Sequence record: OZ195934.1 | Strand: one strand, 5' to 3' | DNA length: 64,000 nt | Shown: piece by piece, positions 42,816-54,069 of the stretch | Position numbering within the stretch: the stretch's first letter is position 1 | Layout: each line of letters opens with the position of its first letter | Position numbers and translations under genes: made by a program | Notes under the pieces: generated by a model | Seen by the model: the letters and a program-made list of their open reading frames with translations, nothing else | The model's database searches: none | Told to the model about the DNA's origin: nothing

Positions 42816-43691
42816 TTACTTAACTTGAGAAGTCAGGTTAAGATTGTCAATCATACCGCTTGGTACGAACACTTTGTTTGTGCCTTGAGCCATCATTCGA
42901 AGTGTTTTCTGCTCTTCAAGGAATCGAACGTTGTCGTTCATTAGCTTGTCAGCAACAAGTTTCTTCGTTTCAGCTTCGTACAGTTCGATTTCACGCTCTT
43001 TCTTCGATACTTCTTCACGAGTCTTGATAGTCAACAGGTCAAGTTTACGCTGTGCATTCACAGTATCTTCTTGTTGGCGACGTTCAGCAGATTTAATCTG
43101 TGCATCAGTGATTGTATCTGGGTAAACAACATCAGTCACACCAACTACTTTGATTACGAACGGTGTATCAGCTAGTTCTTGATTCAGACGTTGTTTCACA
43201 AATTCGTTCAGTTTCTGACGAGTGGACGCGACTTCTGCGATAGAGTATTCAGCGATAATCGACGGAATAATCGTATTCAGTTTTGCACGCGCATAACGTT
43301 CGAACACTGCTTTCTGTTCAATTACACCAACTTGGTCAGCGAGTGATTTAAACGGAACTTTAGTAAACACGAAGTTGTATTTCTTCGGGTTCATCGCCAT
43401 CGTCATTTCGATGTCGTACTTCAGCATCAGTTCGTCTTTCGGCATGAACGTGTTGAAGTTCATTTCGTAGAAGCTGTCTGACACATCAAGCATTACTAGA
43501 CGGTCAGGGTAGCGCCACGCCCAATCTAGACGAAACTTAGAAGGACCACGTGGTTGAGCTGACGCATCGAAGCCATCTTTCGTCTGAATCTTGCCGACGT
43601 AACCAGTCGGGATTTCAGCAGGCGTACCACAGCCAACAAGTGCTAGACCTAGTGCAGCGACTGAAAGTAGTTTTGCGATTTTCTTAATCAT
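42816..43691 (-). CDS. SPFH/band-7 (prohibitin-like) lipoprotein
   Basis: LALVGC lipobox, IPTGYVG, YSIAEVASTR, coiled C-terminus. Confidence 0.8.
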   Translation of the reverse strand: MIKKIAKLLSVAALGLALVGCGTPAEIPTGYVGKIQTKDGFDASAQPRGPSKFRLDWAWRYPDRLVMLDVSDSFYEMNFNTFMPKDELMLKYDIEMTMAMNPKKYNFVFTKVPFKSLADQVGVIEQKAVFERYARAKLNTIIPSIIAEYSIAEVASTRQKLNEFVKQRLNQELADTPFVIKVVGVTDVVYPDTITDAQIKSAERRQQEDTVNAQRKLDLLTIKTREEVSKKEREIELYEAETKKLVADKLMNDNVRFLEEQKTLRMMAQGTNKVFVPSGMIDNLNLTSQVK

Positions 43692-43756
43692 GTTTTTCTC
43701 TCTTAGTTAATGATGTTTACTTCATTGTTTGTGCGCTTCGTTGCGCTGAGGAGTAC

Positions 43757-43785
43757 ATAGTAGGCAAATTCGATGCACCTGTCAA
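43757..43785 (-). promoter_or_regulatory. sigma70-type early promoter for SPFH operon
   Basis: TTGACA-17 nt-TACTAT with UP tract. Confidence 0.8.
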
Positions 43786-43794
43786 CACTTTTTC

Positions 43795-43802
43795 TATAAA
43801 TA
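43795..43802 (+). promoter_or_regulatory. T4 late promoter TATAAATA
   Basis: Exact consensus upstream of gp25. Confidence 0.8.
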
Positions 43803-43823
43803 ATTAAAAATACGGAGAATAAC

Positions 43824-44243
43824 ATGGCAATTTCAGAGCTAAACACGCTGAAACCCGGGAAATATTACTACAGTGATATACCCGCGAACTTCAGTAAGAG
43901 TGTTGTAAACAATGACTTGAGCGCGTCATACGACTTAAAAGCAGTTCAAGAATCGATTGTCGGGATCGTGAGTACAAATAAAGGCGAACGTCCTTTCAAT
44001 CCTGAGTTTGGTTGTGATATCAACAATCAACTATTCGAGAATATTTCACCTGCGAGTGCTTTTGCAATAAAGTACAGCATTGAGAACGCGATTTCTCAAT
44101 GGGAGCCGCGTGTAATACTCAAGCGTGTTGAGGTTAGACCGTTGTACGATCAGAATACGTATCAAGTAGAGGTTCAATATCGCTTGAGAACAAACGTAGA
44201 CCGCACATTCGCGACGACAACTACACTCGCTAGTCGAACTTAA
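43824..44243 (+). CDS. gp25: Baseplate wedge subunit
   Basis: YSDI, T.KGERPFNPEFGC, WEPRV. Confidence 0.95.
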   Translation: MAISELNTLKPGKYYYSDIPANFSKSVVNNDLSASYDLKAVQESIVGIVSTNKGERPFNPEFGCDINNQLFENISPASAFAIKYSIENAISQWEPRVILKRVEVRPLYDQNTYQVEVQYRLRTNVDRTFATTTTLASRT

Positions 44244-44247
44244 TAGA

Positions 44248-44273
44248 AGCCCGCCATTTGAGCGGGTTTTTTT
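44248..44273 (+). terminator. Intrinsic terminator
   Basis: aagcccgc-catttga-gcgggttttttt. Confidence 0.8.
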
Positions 44274-44325
44274 GTGCATTAAATATAAGAAACGAATTCT
44301 ACGAGAAATTTATCAAGGGGATAAC

Positions 44326-46284
44326 ATGACAACTAACTCGAATTTGCCTGTTAGTTCTGGATCTTTTGAGACTATCAAGCAAGACCTTATCAAATACTTG
44401 AAAGGTCAAGATCAGTTCAAAGATTATGACTTTAAAGGTAGTCGTCTGAACGTACTAACAGATTTGCTTGCGTACAACACAATGTACATGCAGCACTACT
44501 CAAACGCAGCACTGTTTGAGGGTTTTATTCGCACTGCGCAAAAACACAGCAGTGTGGTTCAGCACGCGCAAGATATGGGTTACGCGCCAAGCTCCCTATC
44601 TGCTTCAACTCATACAATCGGAATCAAAGCGTACAACGCTGCGAACCCAGTTGAAATTACTCTAGGTACAGGTACGCGATTCAGTGCTGACGTTGATGGT
44701 ATCGAGAACTACGGCTACATCGTATGGGAACCGCACATTCTAATCGGTGCTAAAGAAGACGCGCTTGACCCTGCATCACCGCTTGTGTATCAAGATCAGA
44801 TTGATGTCGTACAAGGTACGCTTGGTCGTTACGAAACAACTTTCTCAGAAACGCAATCAATCACGATCAAAGACCCTGATTTAGACCGCAACTACGTGCG
44901 TGTGTTCGTAGATAGCGCGGAATGGACAAACTGGACTGATAAGTCGATTGTGAACGTATCGGGTGGTTCAAACGTGTTCTACTTGCGTGAGACAGTTGAT
45001 GGCTATACTGAAGTGTACTTCGGTGAGGGTGAACTAACAGATTTCACAGAAACGGCAGGCGCATACGACCCACAATACATTGGCGGTCTACGTCCGATTG
45101 AAGGGCAGCGTGTTCGTGTTCAATATGTGAAAACTCAAGGTCCCGTTGCAAACGGCTCGAAGAACTTCACATGGGCAGATGATATTCCGAACTTCCAACT
45201 TGATGACAAGAACATCGACGACAACCCGAATGACGATGAAAACTTCGTTGGTTCGATTGGCGGTGGTTATGCAGAAGGCACAGAGCGTATTCGCGAACTT
45301 GCACCTGTATTCCGCGAGTCGCAACGTCGCTGTGTTACTAAGCTTGATTACGAAACGTTCGTGTCTCAGAAATTCGGTAACATTGTTCAAGCAGTACAAG
45401 CATTCGGTAGCACTGAAAAGCCAGGTTACGTGTTTATCTCAATCAAGCCGAAGAGTGGTTTGACGCTACCGCAAGTTGCACGCGCAGATATAGAAGATTA
45501 CTTGAAAGAATTCAACATCGTGACAATCACGCCGAAAGTTGTTGACCCAGATTACTTGTACATCAAGCACAATCTAGTCGTGAACTACAGAACTGGTTCA
45601 TTGTCAGAGGGTGCGGATTACTTGAAAGCTCAGATCACCGACGCGATTAGCGATTACTACTACAACGACGTTGAGATCTTCAACGCATCGTTCCACGTAT
45701 CGAAGATGCTTGGCTATGTAGATGACGCGCACGACTCGATTTTAGGTTCACGCTGTGATATCTCACTGATTCGCGAACTAGTGAACTTCAGTCAGACACC
45801 GATGAGCGGCTATAGCTTCTTGAATCCGATCCTTGAACGTTCGGTGAATTCTGAAGCGATTACTTACATCGCGCATGATTGCGAAGTGTTTATCAAGTCA
45901 ACGGATCGACGCACGACAGAGACGCAAGAAGACATCGGTACATTGCTATTGGGTCCGTTCTCAGAAGGCACAATCACTGACCCGATTGACCCTGAGACTG
46001 GCGCGCCAACGACTGAATACACAGGCGATGATTTTAATCGCGAAGTTATCGACGGTCGTTCGCTGTACTACAGAATCGGTACAGTCAACTATGCAACTGG
46101 TATGTTGGATTACGAGTTCGCAAACTTGGGTGTAAATACATCAGAATGGGATGTCGTTGGCAATCTTGTTGTTTCAGCATCGCCTACGCGTTCAAACATA
46201 TACACAGACGACGGTAGCTTAATCGTTTATGAAAACGAGCTACGTCCTCAATACACTGATATTTTCCTAGAGGGTATTTCTTAA
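44326..46284 (+). CDS. gp6: Baseplate wedge subunit
   Basis: FETIKQDLI.YL..Q..FKDYDF.GS.L..L.DLLAYNT. Confidence 0.95.
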   Translation: MTTNSNLPVSSGSFETIKQDLIKYLKGQDQFKDYDFKGSRLNVLTDLLAYNTMYMQHYSNAALFEGFIRTAQKHSSVVQHAQDMGYAPSSLSASTHTIGIKAYNAANPVEITLGTGTRFSADVDGIENYGYIVWEPHILIGAKEDALDPASPLVYQDQIDVVQGTLGRYETTFSETQSITIKDPDLDRNYVRVFVDSAEWTNWTDKSIVNVSGGSNVFYLRETVDGYTEVYFGEGELTDFTETAGAYDPQYIGGLRPIEGQRVRVQYVKTQGPVANGSKNFTWADDIPNFQLDDKNIDDNPNDDENFVGSIGGGYAEGTERIRELAPVFRESQRRCVTKLDYETFVSQKFGNIVQAVQAFGSTEKPGYVFISIKPKSGLTLPQVARADIEDYLKEFNIVTITPKVVDPDYLYIKHNLVVNYRTGSLSEGADYLKAQITDAISDYYYNDVEIFNASFHVSKMLGYVDDAHDSILGSRCDISLIRELVNFSQTPMSGYSFLNPILERSVNSEAITYIAHDCEVFIKSTDRRTTETQEDIGTLLLGPFSEGTITDPIDPETGAPTTEYTGDDFNREVIDGRSLYYRIGTVNYATGMLDYEFANLGVNTSEWDVVGNLVVSASPTRSNIYTDDGSLIVYENELRPQYTDIFLEGIS

Positions 46285-49200
46285 TGTCAAATTTACAAGC
46301 CCCACCAATTATGGGCGTGTACATCGACAAACTGACGCGAAACTATGTTGATTTGCGTTGGGATGGTGTCGGCGAGAACTTCAGATACGAAATACAAGTA
46401 CGTTCGGCTGGCTCAGCCGAACATGTACTGTCTGAAACTTACCAACCACTATACCCAAACCCGTATACAGGCGAAACAAGTCTGTTTGCGCAGATCAATG
46501 AATCAGTGCGCTACTACCAGTGGCGCATTCGTGCCGTTTACACGAATTTCGATCCGGGTGAATGGACAGCATCAGATATCGGCTACACGTCAGATTCAAA
46601 CGATTACGAAATCGTTACACAATCGACGTTCACGGCTGCTCAGTCGTTCATCGAAGCGCGTTTGAACAACGATAACGACAAATACCTGAATGAGCGTAAC
46701 GAGCTACAAGCAACATTAGTACGCCCGGGGTATGAGTTCGATACGAACATGTTCAACGTAGATTCGGCTGCATATTGGTTCGTTACAAACCCAGGGTTTA
46801 GTGCGAATTACGGTGAAGTTCCAAACGTGTGTCAGAACAACATGCGCGTGATCCCATCAGTTATCGATGACGTGATCTATGCATTCGAGCGTTGGCAAGA
46901 AGTGTGTAAGATCTCGAACAACGGCGGTCAAACATGGCAGACGTATCGTGCAACGAACAGTCGTCTAGGCAATCCCGTGTACGATTGTATCTGTAAGCAG
47001 TCAGAAACGTTCAGTTACTTGTTAGGGTACGATTACCTTATTCAGGGCGTTGCGTCTAGTGACGTTGATTACTCACACGATAACGGTACTGAATACAGCC
47101 ACGCGTCGGTCGACTTGACGTTCGATAAGCTTGATTTCGATTTAGGCTTCGGCTTTGACGTTGAGCGTTTTAAAGATCTTGCAGTTTTACCACCACAAGT
47201 GCGTCACAAAGCAGATGCATTTGGCGTTGATAACGTAATGACAGTTATAACCGCAGGTAATACGTACGTATGGCACAACAACAGAATCCCGACTATTTGG
47301 GAAGATGTCGTGAGTGACCTATACGGCGAGCGTATCTTTGAAACAGTCGGTACGTCTAACAACGAGCCAGTATACTTCGAATCATACGTCGTTCGCGATG
47401 ACGTGTCAAGACCTGATTTTGACGAAACGACGGCTGACGTGTGTGTGAAGAAAATCGAATACTTTGATGATCCAGAAGTCGGTATCGACTATCAAGACGG
47501 TAAAATGTACGCTCTCGTGACCGGTGAATGGGTACACGATGAAAACGGCAAGCGTATATCAGTTTCAGACGACAACGAAATTCGTGGCGTGTATCGCATG
47601 AACCGCGACGAAATCATGGACGGTGACATCGTAGTTGGTTACGAAAACATCGAATGGATTCGTGTATATGGTAACATTGAACCAGAGCGCGACTTGATCA
47701 ACGAACGCAGTGTTATTTCTCGCGATACTGAACATCTAATTCTAGGTCATGACTTGACGCGTGCATACGGTGAAGAAGGCGACCCTGAATACGACAATCG
47801 TCAAGAGTCTAGCGGTGCACCGGGTGAATATCACTCTCAATCGGGAGATCACTACGGTACAATCGATGATGCAGCACTTGTTCAAGACAATGCAGAAGTT
47901 AACGAAGCTGTTCGCATGTTCAGCAAGCCGTACTACACGACGCACGCAAAGCCGATGTCACAGATCGTTGCGACTAAAGACGGTGACACGTGGGAATATA
48001 AGCCGCAAGATTACTACGGTAACGCGCATTTCAACTGGATGGAACGTGCGAAGACACGCGACTGGAAATCTTGGTCAAATCAGATCATGTATTACAAGTC
48101 AGATTCGCTATTCCGTCGTGATTTTGACAATTTAGACTCGGTAAAATGGTCTGAAGTTCTTGAAAACGGCTCGTACAAGTTCGAAGCACCGAATCTAGAC
48201 GTGTTCGGCTTCAATGGCTACTGTGACGGTGCGATTATTCACACTGCAAACGATAACAAGGTAATTGGTTACTACAAATTCCCGTATCGCGTTAGCATCA
48301 CAGCTCCGATTCACTGGTCGCCAATCCGTACTGTAATTACAGGCGAGTTGACGAATTACACGCCAGTTACAATCGAAGAGCCAGAAGCAGATCCGACTAA
48401 ACTTCTCGATCCGACGTTGACGCCATTGATTTACAAGATGATGCCAGAGAATTACCTTGATTCTGACGGATTTTACAAAGATTTCGCAAAAAGCTATCTT
48501 GATTTCATCAGTAAAGGTGACGGTACAGCGTACAACAACGTGTATAACTTGCTGAACAGCAAATACCCGCGTGACGAACACTACGAAGAATATCTGTACA
48601 AGATGGTATACGAACGTAATCGTATTCTTGAACCAGAGAAGCGCGACGCAGTTGTGAAATTCTTCTTGAGTAGACGCGCAGACTTCTACAGCACGAAAGG
48701 TATCATCGACTCGTACGAGTTCTTGTTCAAATTGCTGTACAACGAGACGGTTGAGGTTGAGATCGAATCACTGAACGCGTTTGAGTATGCGATTACGGTT
48801 GCATCGAACGACGTGACAGATGACATTGTAGGTCGTCGTATTTTCACAGAGGGCGGTCAAGCTGACGTGACATACATCGAGCGTGAATACATTGATGGTC
48901 GCAGACACTGGAAACTGACGCTGAATAACTTAATCGGTGAATTCAAAGCCGGTGCTGAAATCGGAATTGCGGGATACGATTTTGAAGCAACAGCGTTGAC
49001 GGGCGTTAAGGGTGAGCGTATCGATTATGACTCGAATGAGTATCTTGATCGAAGCAAAACGTACTACGTCATGAAGCTACGTTCTGAAATGCAATTGAGT
49101 CAGTACAAAGACGATATCATTCGTTTCGTACACCCAATCGGCTTCGGCTTCGTGGGTATCACATTGCTGACAGTTCTTGTGAATCACGGCATTTCAGTTG

Positions 49201-49778
49201 ACCATCACGAAACAATTGTCGATTCGTATCGTTCAGTTCGAATTGATAACGGCATCGGTCTTTCGTACACGGAATTGACTGGTTTACTAGACGATGACTT
49301 GAACAGACAGTACAACGATTTCGGTGAGTTGTTGACTAAAGATCACCCGATTTACGGTCAAACTCCGATTGATAACGTGATACATGACAGAATCAACGGT
49401 ACGCAAGGCGTTACAGTAACAGAGTACAACGATTACTGGGCGAATGCACGTGAAATTCTAGTTCGCGAGAATATGGTCGAAGATAATGAACGATATATAG
49501 AAACAGACACGGGCGACGTTGACGATGAATTTGGCGGTAAACAGCGAGTTATTAACCCTGATTACAACCCGATTGCACAAGTTCAAGTTGCAGACGTGAA
49601 TGGTTCTATTCAATGGGGAATGACCGCGTACGAGCGTGCTCCAGCATTTATGTTCGATACGTCGTGCGCTTCACTATCAATCAGTGACATGTACGCGGAT
49701 GATGAGAATCGTCTGAAAGACAATGTTGGTAACCCATACGATCCGACTGAGCCGACTCAGAAATTTATAGGTGAATAA
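46284..49778 (+). CDS. gp7: Baseplate wedge initiator
   Basis: N-terminal FN3-like domain, DFYSTKG...SYEFLFKLLYNE, FVHPIGFGF. Confidence 0.9.
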   Translation: MSNLQAPPIMGVYIDKLTRNYVDLRWDGVGENFRYEIQVRSAGSAEHVLSETYQPLYPNPYTGETSLFAQINESVRYYQWRIRAVYTNFDPGEWTASDIGYTSDSNDYEIVTQSTFTAAQSFIEARLNNDNDKYLNERNELQATLVRPGYEFDTNMFNVDSAAYWFVTNPGFSANYGEVPNVCQNNMRVIPSVIDDVIYAFERWQEVCKISNNGGQTWQTYRATNSRLGNPVYDCICKQSETFSYLLGYDYLIQGVASSDVDYSHDNGTEYSHASVDLTFDKLDFDLGFGFDVERFKDLAVLPPQVRHKADAFGVDNVMTVITAGNTYVWHNNRIPTIWEDVVSDLYGERIFETVGTSNNEPVYFESYVVRDDVSRPDFDETTADVCVKKIEYFDDPEVGIDYQDGKMYALVTGEWVHDENGKRISVSDDNEIRGVYRMNRDEIMDGDIVVGYENIEWIRVYGNIEPERDLINERSVISRDTEHLILGHDLTRAYGEEGDPEYDNRQESSGAPGEYHSQSGDHYGTIDDAALVQDNAEVNEAVRMFSKPYYTTHAKPMSQIVATKDGDTWEYKPQDYYGNAHFNWMERAKTRDWKSWSNQIMYYKSDSLFRRDFDNLDSVKWSEVLENGSYKFEAPNLDVFGFNGYCDGAIIHTANDNKVIGYYKFPYRVSITAPIHWSPIRTVITGELTNYTPVTIEEPEADPTKLLDPTLTPLIYKMMPENYLDSDGFYKDFAKSYLDFISKGDGTAYNNVYNLLNSKYPRDEHYEEYLYKMVYERNRILEPEKRDAVVKFFLSRRADFYSTKGIIDSYEFLFKLLYNETVEVEIESLNAFEYAITVASNDVTDDIVGRRIFTEGGQADVTYIEREYIDGRRHWKLTLNNLIGEFKAGAEIGIAGYDFEATALTGVKGERIDYDSNEYLDRSKTYYVMKLRSEMQLSQYKDDIIRFVHPIGFGFVGITLLTVLVNHGISVDHHETIVDSYRSVRIDNGIGLSYTELTGLLDDDLNRQYNDFGELLTKDHPIYGQTPIDNVIHDRINGTQGVTVTEYNDYWANAREILVRENMVEDNERYIETDTGDVDDEFGGKQRVINPDYNPIAQVQVADVNGSIQWGMTAYERAPAFMFDTSCASLSISDMYADDENRLKDNVGNPYDPTEPTQKFIGE

Positions 49779-50802
49779 AGTGGCAAAAATTTACAGATCA
49801 ACAATCACAACTGAATATCGAGTGAACAACTTGATGAACTTCTACGATAGCGTCGGTGACGGCGCTGACGAGAATTCAATATATCTCATGTTCGGTCGAA
49901 ATGAGTCATGGTCAGACCGCGAAGATGAAATAAACTTCGCGCCACCTTACCCGAACGATACAACAGACGGCAAAGCTGACGTTTGGGCTCGTTCGCTTGG
50001 TATGATCAAGATTCCAAAGTCGCAGCTACGACCAGTATTGCCGCGCAAAGATTGGGGCGACCCGAATCTAAACAATTCACTGAAATTCACTTTCGGTGAC
50101 ATTGTTACAGTAAACACAATCACGCTGAACGCGCACCCGAGTGCATTGAACGGCTACATGGTTTATCGATGCATTGATATCCCAGAAACAGACGCGAATA
50201 ACTCAAACATTCGCGGTACATGTTCAGTGCCTACAATCACGAACAAAAGCGACTGTGTAGCAGTTGGCGGTACGTGGGATGCACCGAGTTCACCGGGTAA
50301 CCAAGAGAACATTCCTCACGGTACAGGTAACGCGATTGACACAGGTGATGGCTATGTGTGGGAATACATGTACACGATTCCACCGTCAGAAGTTCTAACA
50401 AGTGTTTCGCGTGAATACATCGTATGTCCATTCCCTGACGAAGTGATCGATGATCGCGAAGCGTGGGGATTAGATCAGAACATCATCTTCAATGAAAACT
50501 ACGATGAGACGATCTTCAGCATCGGTGCAGTCAACTTGCGGTTCCGAGCTAAATTAGCAGGCAGTGATTTCATTCACTTGTTCGGGCCCAACAACAACGG
50601 TTATCGTCAGATTACACTTGTTCAGAACCCATTGCTAGTGCGTGAACCCGGTGCGACTGACGACATAAAAGCAACTGAATTGCTGTACAACCCTCACGAA
50701 ATTCAAGAGGGTACAGGTCAGATTATCTACATGGAAAATCGACAGCCAATTCGCAAGACGTTAGACCAAGTAGAAGAGTTCAACCTGATCTACACATTCT
50801 AA
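49771..50802 (+). CDS. gp8: Baseplate wedge subunit
   Basis: IYRSTIT, GDGYVWEYMYTIP, YMENRQPI. Confidence 0.95.
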   Translation: MNKVAKIYRSTITTEYRVNNLMNFYDSVGDGADENSIYLMFGRNESWSDREDEINFAPPYPNDTTDGKADVWARSLGMIKIPKSQLRPVLPRKDWGDPNLNNSLKFTFGDIVTVNTITLNAHPSALNGYMVYRCIDIPETDANNSNIRGTCSVPTITNKSDCVAVGGTWDAPSSPGNQENIPHGTGNAIDTGDGYVWEYMYTIPPSEVLTSVSREYIVCPFPDEVIDDREAWGLDQNIIFNENYDETIFSIGAVNLRFRAKLAGSDFIHLFGPNNNGYRQITLVQNPLLVREPGATDDIKATELLYNPHEIQEGTGQIIYMENRQPIRKTLDQVEEFNLIYTF

Positions 50803-50856
50803 TAAATATATAAAACATACATCGGGCTTGATGTCAAGCCCTTTATGGAGATTAAA

Positions 50857-51813
50857 ATGGGAAGAAGTAGACTAGAAACTGGTACTGCGGGTTCAGTTGG
50901 TACAGGTGATACGATTCACAACGGTGGTAATAAGCTGCGCGATAACTCAGACGAGTTTTATCACATTAACGCTGACTTCGAATTGACTGAATCAGGCGAA
51001 CCGTATATTCCAGCCGTGAATGATTCAGCACCGCGTCCACATGCCGGTGGCTACTGGCAGAGAATTCCGCCAAGCTCAACAGCGGGTGGCTCAGGTGGTC
51101 CGAACGCTGCAAACTTGCTTACATCTATTGTAACAGGCGGCAAGTACGATGTCGATACATCATCACTAGGGGGCGGCGCTGTAATGACGCTAAATCTACC
51201 TAAAATCGGCACGAGTGCAGGTCAAGCAAAACGCGGTGAGAAGATTTCATTTCAAAACACAACCTCTACACTAGACACAAATCCACTCGTACTGCGTTCT
51301 AGTGCAGGCGATGCTATTGTAGGCGCAAGCGAGACGAATGGCGATCATACGATTCGCACGAATTACGCTCAGATAACATGCACCGTGATTGATGACGGTA
51401 CAGGCATTGCAGGGACACCACAATGGGGTTTCAAAATTGACCCGATTATCGGTGATTTCGGTGCACCAGTTAATGACACAATTTACACGATTCCGAACAC
51501 AGTGACTCGTTCACTTGCTCTATTCGATGTACTGTCATACGCAGCCGTGAAACTCATGATTTACGCTGAAAATAGCGACCCTGCTCAGGGCGGCATCGTT
51601 ACACGCAGAACAACGTCAGAAATGTTGCTGCTAAATAACATTACAAATGCGTATATTGATGAATACTCAGTAATCAATACGGACAGTGATTTCGGTAACT
51701 TATTGTTAATCGTTCCTCGCGTTGAAGATGGTGTCGTTTATGTTGACATCACATCGAACGACGACAATGTATCAATGGCTATCAAATCAATCGAAACTAT
51801 CAGACTATCGTAA
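50857..51813 (+). CDS. gp9: Long-tail-fibre connector
   Basis: GTGDTIHNGGNK...N..E, position between gp8 and gp10. Confidence 0.8.
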   Translation: MGRSRLETGTAGSVGTGDTIHNGGNKLRDNSDEFYHINADFELTESGEPYIPAVNDSAPRPHAGGYWQRIPPSSTAGGSGGPNAANLLTSIVTGGKYDVDTSSLGGGAVMTLNLPKIGTSAGQAKRGEKISFQNTTSTLDTNPLVLRSSAGDAIVGASETNGDHTIRTNYAQITCTVIDDGTGIAGTPQWGFKIDPIIGDFGAPVNDTIYTIPNTVTRSLALFDVLSYAAVKLMIYAENSDPAQGGIVTRRTTSEMLLLNNITNAYIDEYSVINTDSDFGNLLLIVPRVEDGVVYVDITSNDDNVSMAIKSIETIRLS

Positions 51814-51822
51814 GGGACAAAA

Positions 51823-54069
51823 ATGAAACAGACGATCAACGTCGGACAAGTTGTCGATGACGGTACAGGTGACTATCTAAGACAGGGTGGCATCAAAACT
51901 CGTGACAACTTCAACGAAATTTATAGTCATCTAGGCGACGGTAGTACACTTTATGCTGCCGGTGCGTGGCGCAAATGGAGATTTGCTGCTACTTACTTGA
52001 ACGGTGACACTACATACAACGCAGCAAATGCCGAGAACTATTACGACGAAAACGGCGATGGTCAAGGTCCCGAGCTGCACGCTGCATTCGGTGAATCGTG
52101 GACAGTTGATACTACTCTAGGCGCAGTTGATGTGTATCTACCGAGTGGTGTCGAAGAAGCAGACTACGGTAAAGCGATTCGCGTACGCGACGTTAAGGGT
52201 ACGTGGGACAAGCAGCCACTAACTGTATACCCAGACTCAAAAGACTCGATTAAGCGCGTTGCAAGTAGCACAAACCGCGAACTCGGCACAGGCGCTGAGT
52301 TCACAAACGCATATCAAGATTTAGAACTTGTATTCACGCCACCGCGTCACTGGGAATATGTTGCTCAGAAATACGTAAACGGCATGACATTTGGTGATGT
52401 TCCGAGCGTATTGCGTCGTGCATTGCTATCGCGTCAGGGTCAGCGTGATTTCAATATGTCACTTGAACTAGCGGGCGGTGATTACAATGCAACTGCGGTT
52501 GAGATCTATCGTCGCGGTAACTTGATGTACTACGGGAACGAACTGAATGACTTTTCAGATTACGGCTCAATCCCGCTACACACAGTCGAAAGTTGGGAAG
52601 CTTCGCGTTCTGAACCATACTACGTAGGCGATTTAGTTCGTGGTGACGTTGCAGGTTCGCGTGATGACCGCATTTGGCAGTGTATAGAAGAACACAACTC
52701 AATCGGTACATGGGACTCTGACAAATGGGCAGAATTCAGCGATTACCCTGATTACGAAGAGCACGCAGGTAGCACCCCTTATAGCGCGTCAACAGTCGTA
52801 ACGCAAGAACATGACGGGTTCGTGCAGACGTTCGAGTGTCTAATCACGCATACTTCTGCGGCTGGTTACACTGATCTCACGACAGATAACAACTGGAAAC
52901 AGCTTACAAACGATGATCTTGCACCGCTTGACGGGAAGACAATTCGTTTGCGTCTAGCAGCCAATGCAGGTGACCCAATCGCGATGGTAACATACTTGAG
53001 CGATGTGTCAAGCTTCCGTAGCAGCTACATGCTGAAATCGATCAAGCTAATTGACACGAATAACTTCGGTGTTGAGGAATCGACTGGGTCCGTTGTTCGT
53101 AAAGACTTCGTACCTGGGATGACAGTCAAGTTAATTGACTTTGGTCTACCTAGTTACACTCAGTTTAACACTGAGACGCTTGAACTTCTAGTGAATGGTA
53201 CACAATTGACTCGCTCGAATACGGCTGGTCAAGGTGACTCTGATAATGGCGGCGATTACGACTACGACTATAAGCAAGACGCGGAAGGTCTATGGAACAC
53301 GCTTGTATTCAGCGAAGCTCTAGCTGATAGCGATATTGTAACAGTTCGTTGGTACGATAATGTAATCGGCACACTATTATCCTGGGATGAAGGCGAAGAC
53401 AACTTACAAGTTCGCACGCGTGAGTTATTCGTTTCTCGTGATGATTGGGCAGATGTTCGCCGTGTTAACAAACTTGCGTATTCAGACACTGATAATCCGA
53501 GCGCGGCAGTTGCTGAAGTTCTACCTGACTCAGAAACATTCGCACCGGGTGGTACACTGACATCATTGATGGAAAGTATCTTCCCTATTGGCTCGATTTA
53601 CACGAACGCAAATAACCCGAGCAACCCCGCTGATTACATGGGCTTCGGTAAATGGGTTCGTTATGCTGAAGGGCGTACAATCGTTGGTTGGAATAGCGAA
53701 GATGACGGAAGTTTTCACCGCAACAACAACAACGAAAATATCGTTCAAGCGGGTGGTACTGGCGGTGCAATCGGTGTGACTCTTACACAAGAGAACATTC
53801 CAGAGCTGATAAGTACAACAAACGATGATCACGCGAACGACTCTAGTCGCGATATTGGTAACATCACAGAGCAATACAGCTTAGTAGCTCGTGCTGCAAC
53901 GTCTGGCGGTGATATCAACTTGAATGGTTGTTTAGGTGACCCTGAAAACACGACGCCTTTAGCGTACTACGCTGAAGAGCCAATCAAAGTGAATCATGGT
54001 CAAATCGCACAAGCGGTTGATGTAACTCAACCTTACATTACTGCATACACTTGGATAAGGACTGCATAA
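51823..54069 (+). CDS. gp10: Baseplate wedge / tail pin
   Basis: MKQTINVGQVVDDGTGDYLRQGG.K...NF.E.Y, C-terminal QPYITAY.WIR. Confidence 0.95.
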   Translation: MKQTINVGQVVDDGTGDYLRQGGIKTRDNFNEIYSHLGDGSTLYAAGAWRKWRFAATYLNGDTTYNAANAENYYDENGDGQGPELHAAFGESWTVDTTLGAVDVYLPSGVEEADYGKAIRVRDVKGTWDKQPLTVYPDSKDSIKRVASSTNRELGTGAEFTNAYQDLELVFTPPRHWEYVAQKYVNGMTFGDVPSVLRRALLSRQGQRDFNMSLELAGGDYNATAVEIYRRGNLMYYGNELNDFSDYGSIPLHTVESWEASRSEPYYVGDLVRGDVAGSRDDRIWQCIEEHNSIGTWDSDKWAEFSDYPDYEEHAGSTPYSASTVVTQEHDGFVQTFECLITHTSAAGYTDLTTDNNWKQLTNDDLAPLDGKTIRLRLAANAGDPIAMVTYLSDVSSFRSSYMLKSIKLIDTNNFGVEESTGSVVRKDFVPGMTVKLIDFGLPSYTQFNTETLELLVNGTQLTRSNTAGQGDSDNGGDYDYDYKQDAEGLWNTLVFSEALADSDIVTVRWYDNVIGTLLSWDEGEDNLQVRTRELFVSRDDWADVRRVNKLAYSDTDNPSAAVAEVLPDSETFAPGGTLTSLMESIFPIGSIYTNANNPSNPADYMGFGKWVRYAEGRTIVGWNSEDDGSFHRNNNNENIVQAGGTGGAIGVTLTQENIPELISTTNDDHANDSSRDIGNITEQYSLVARAATSGGDINLNGCLGDPENTTPLAYYAEEPIKVNHGQIAQAVDVTQPYITAYTWIRTA

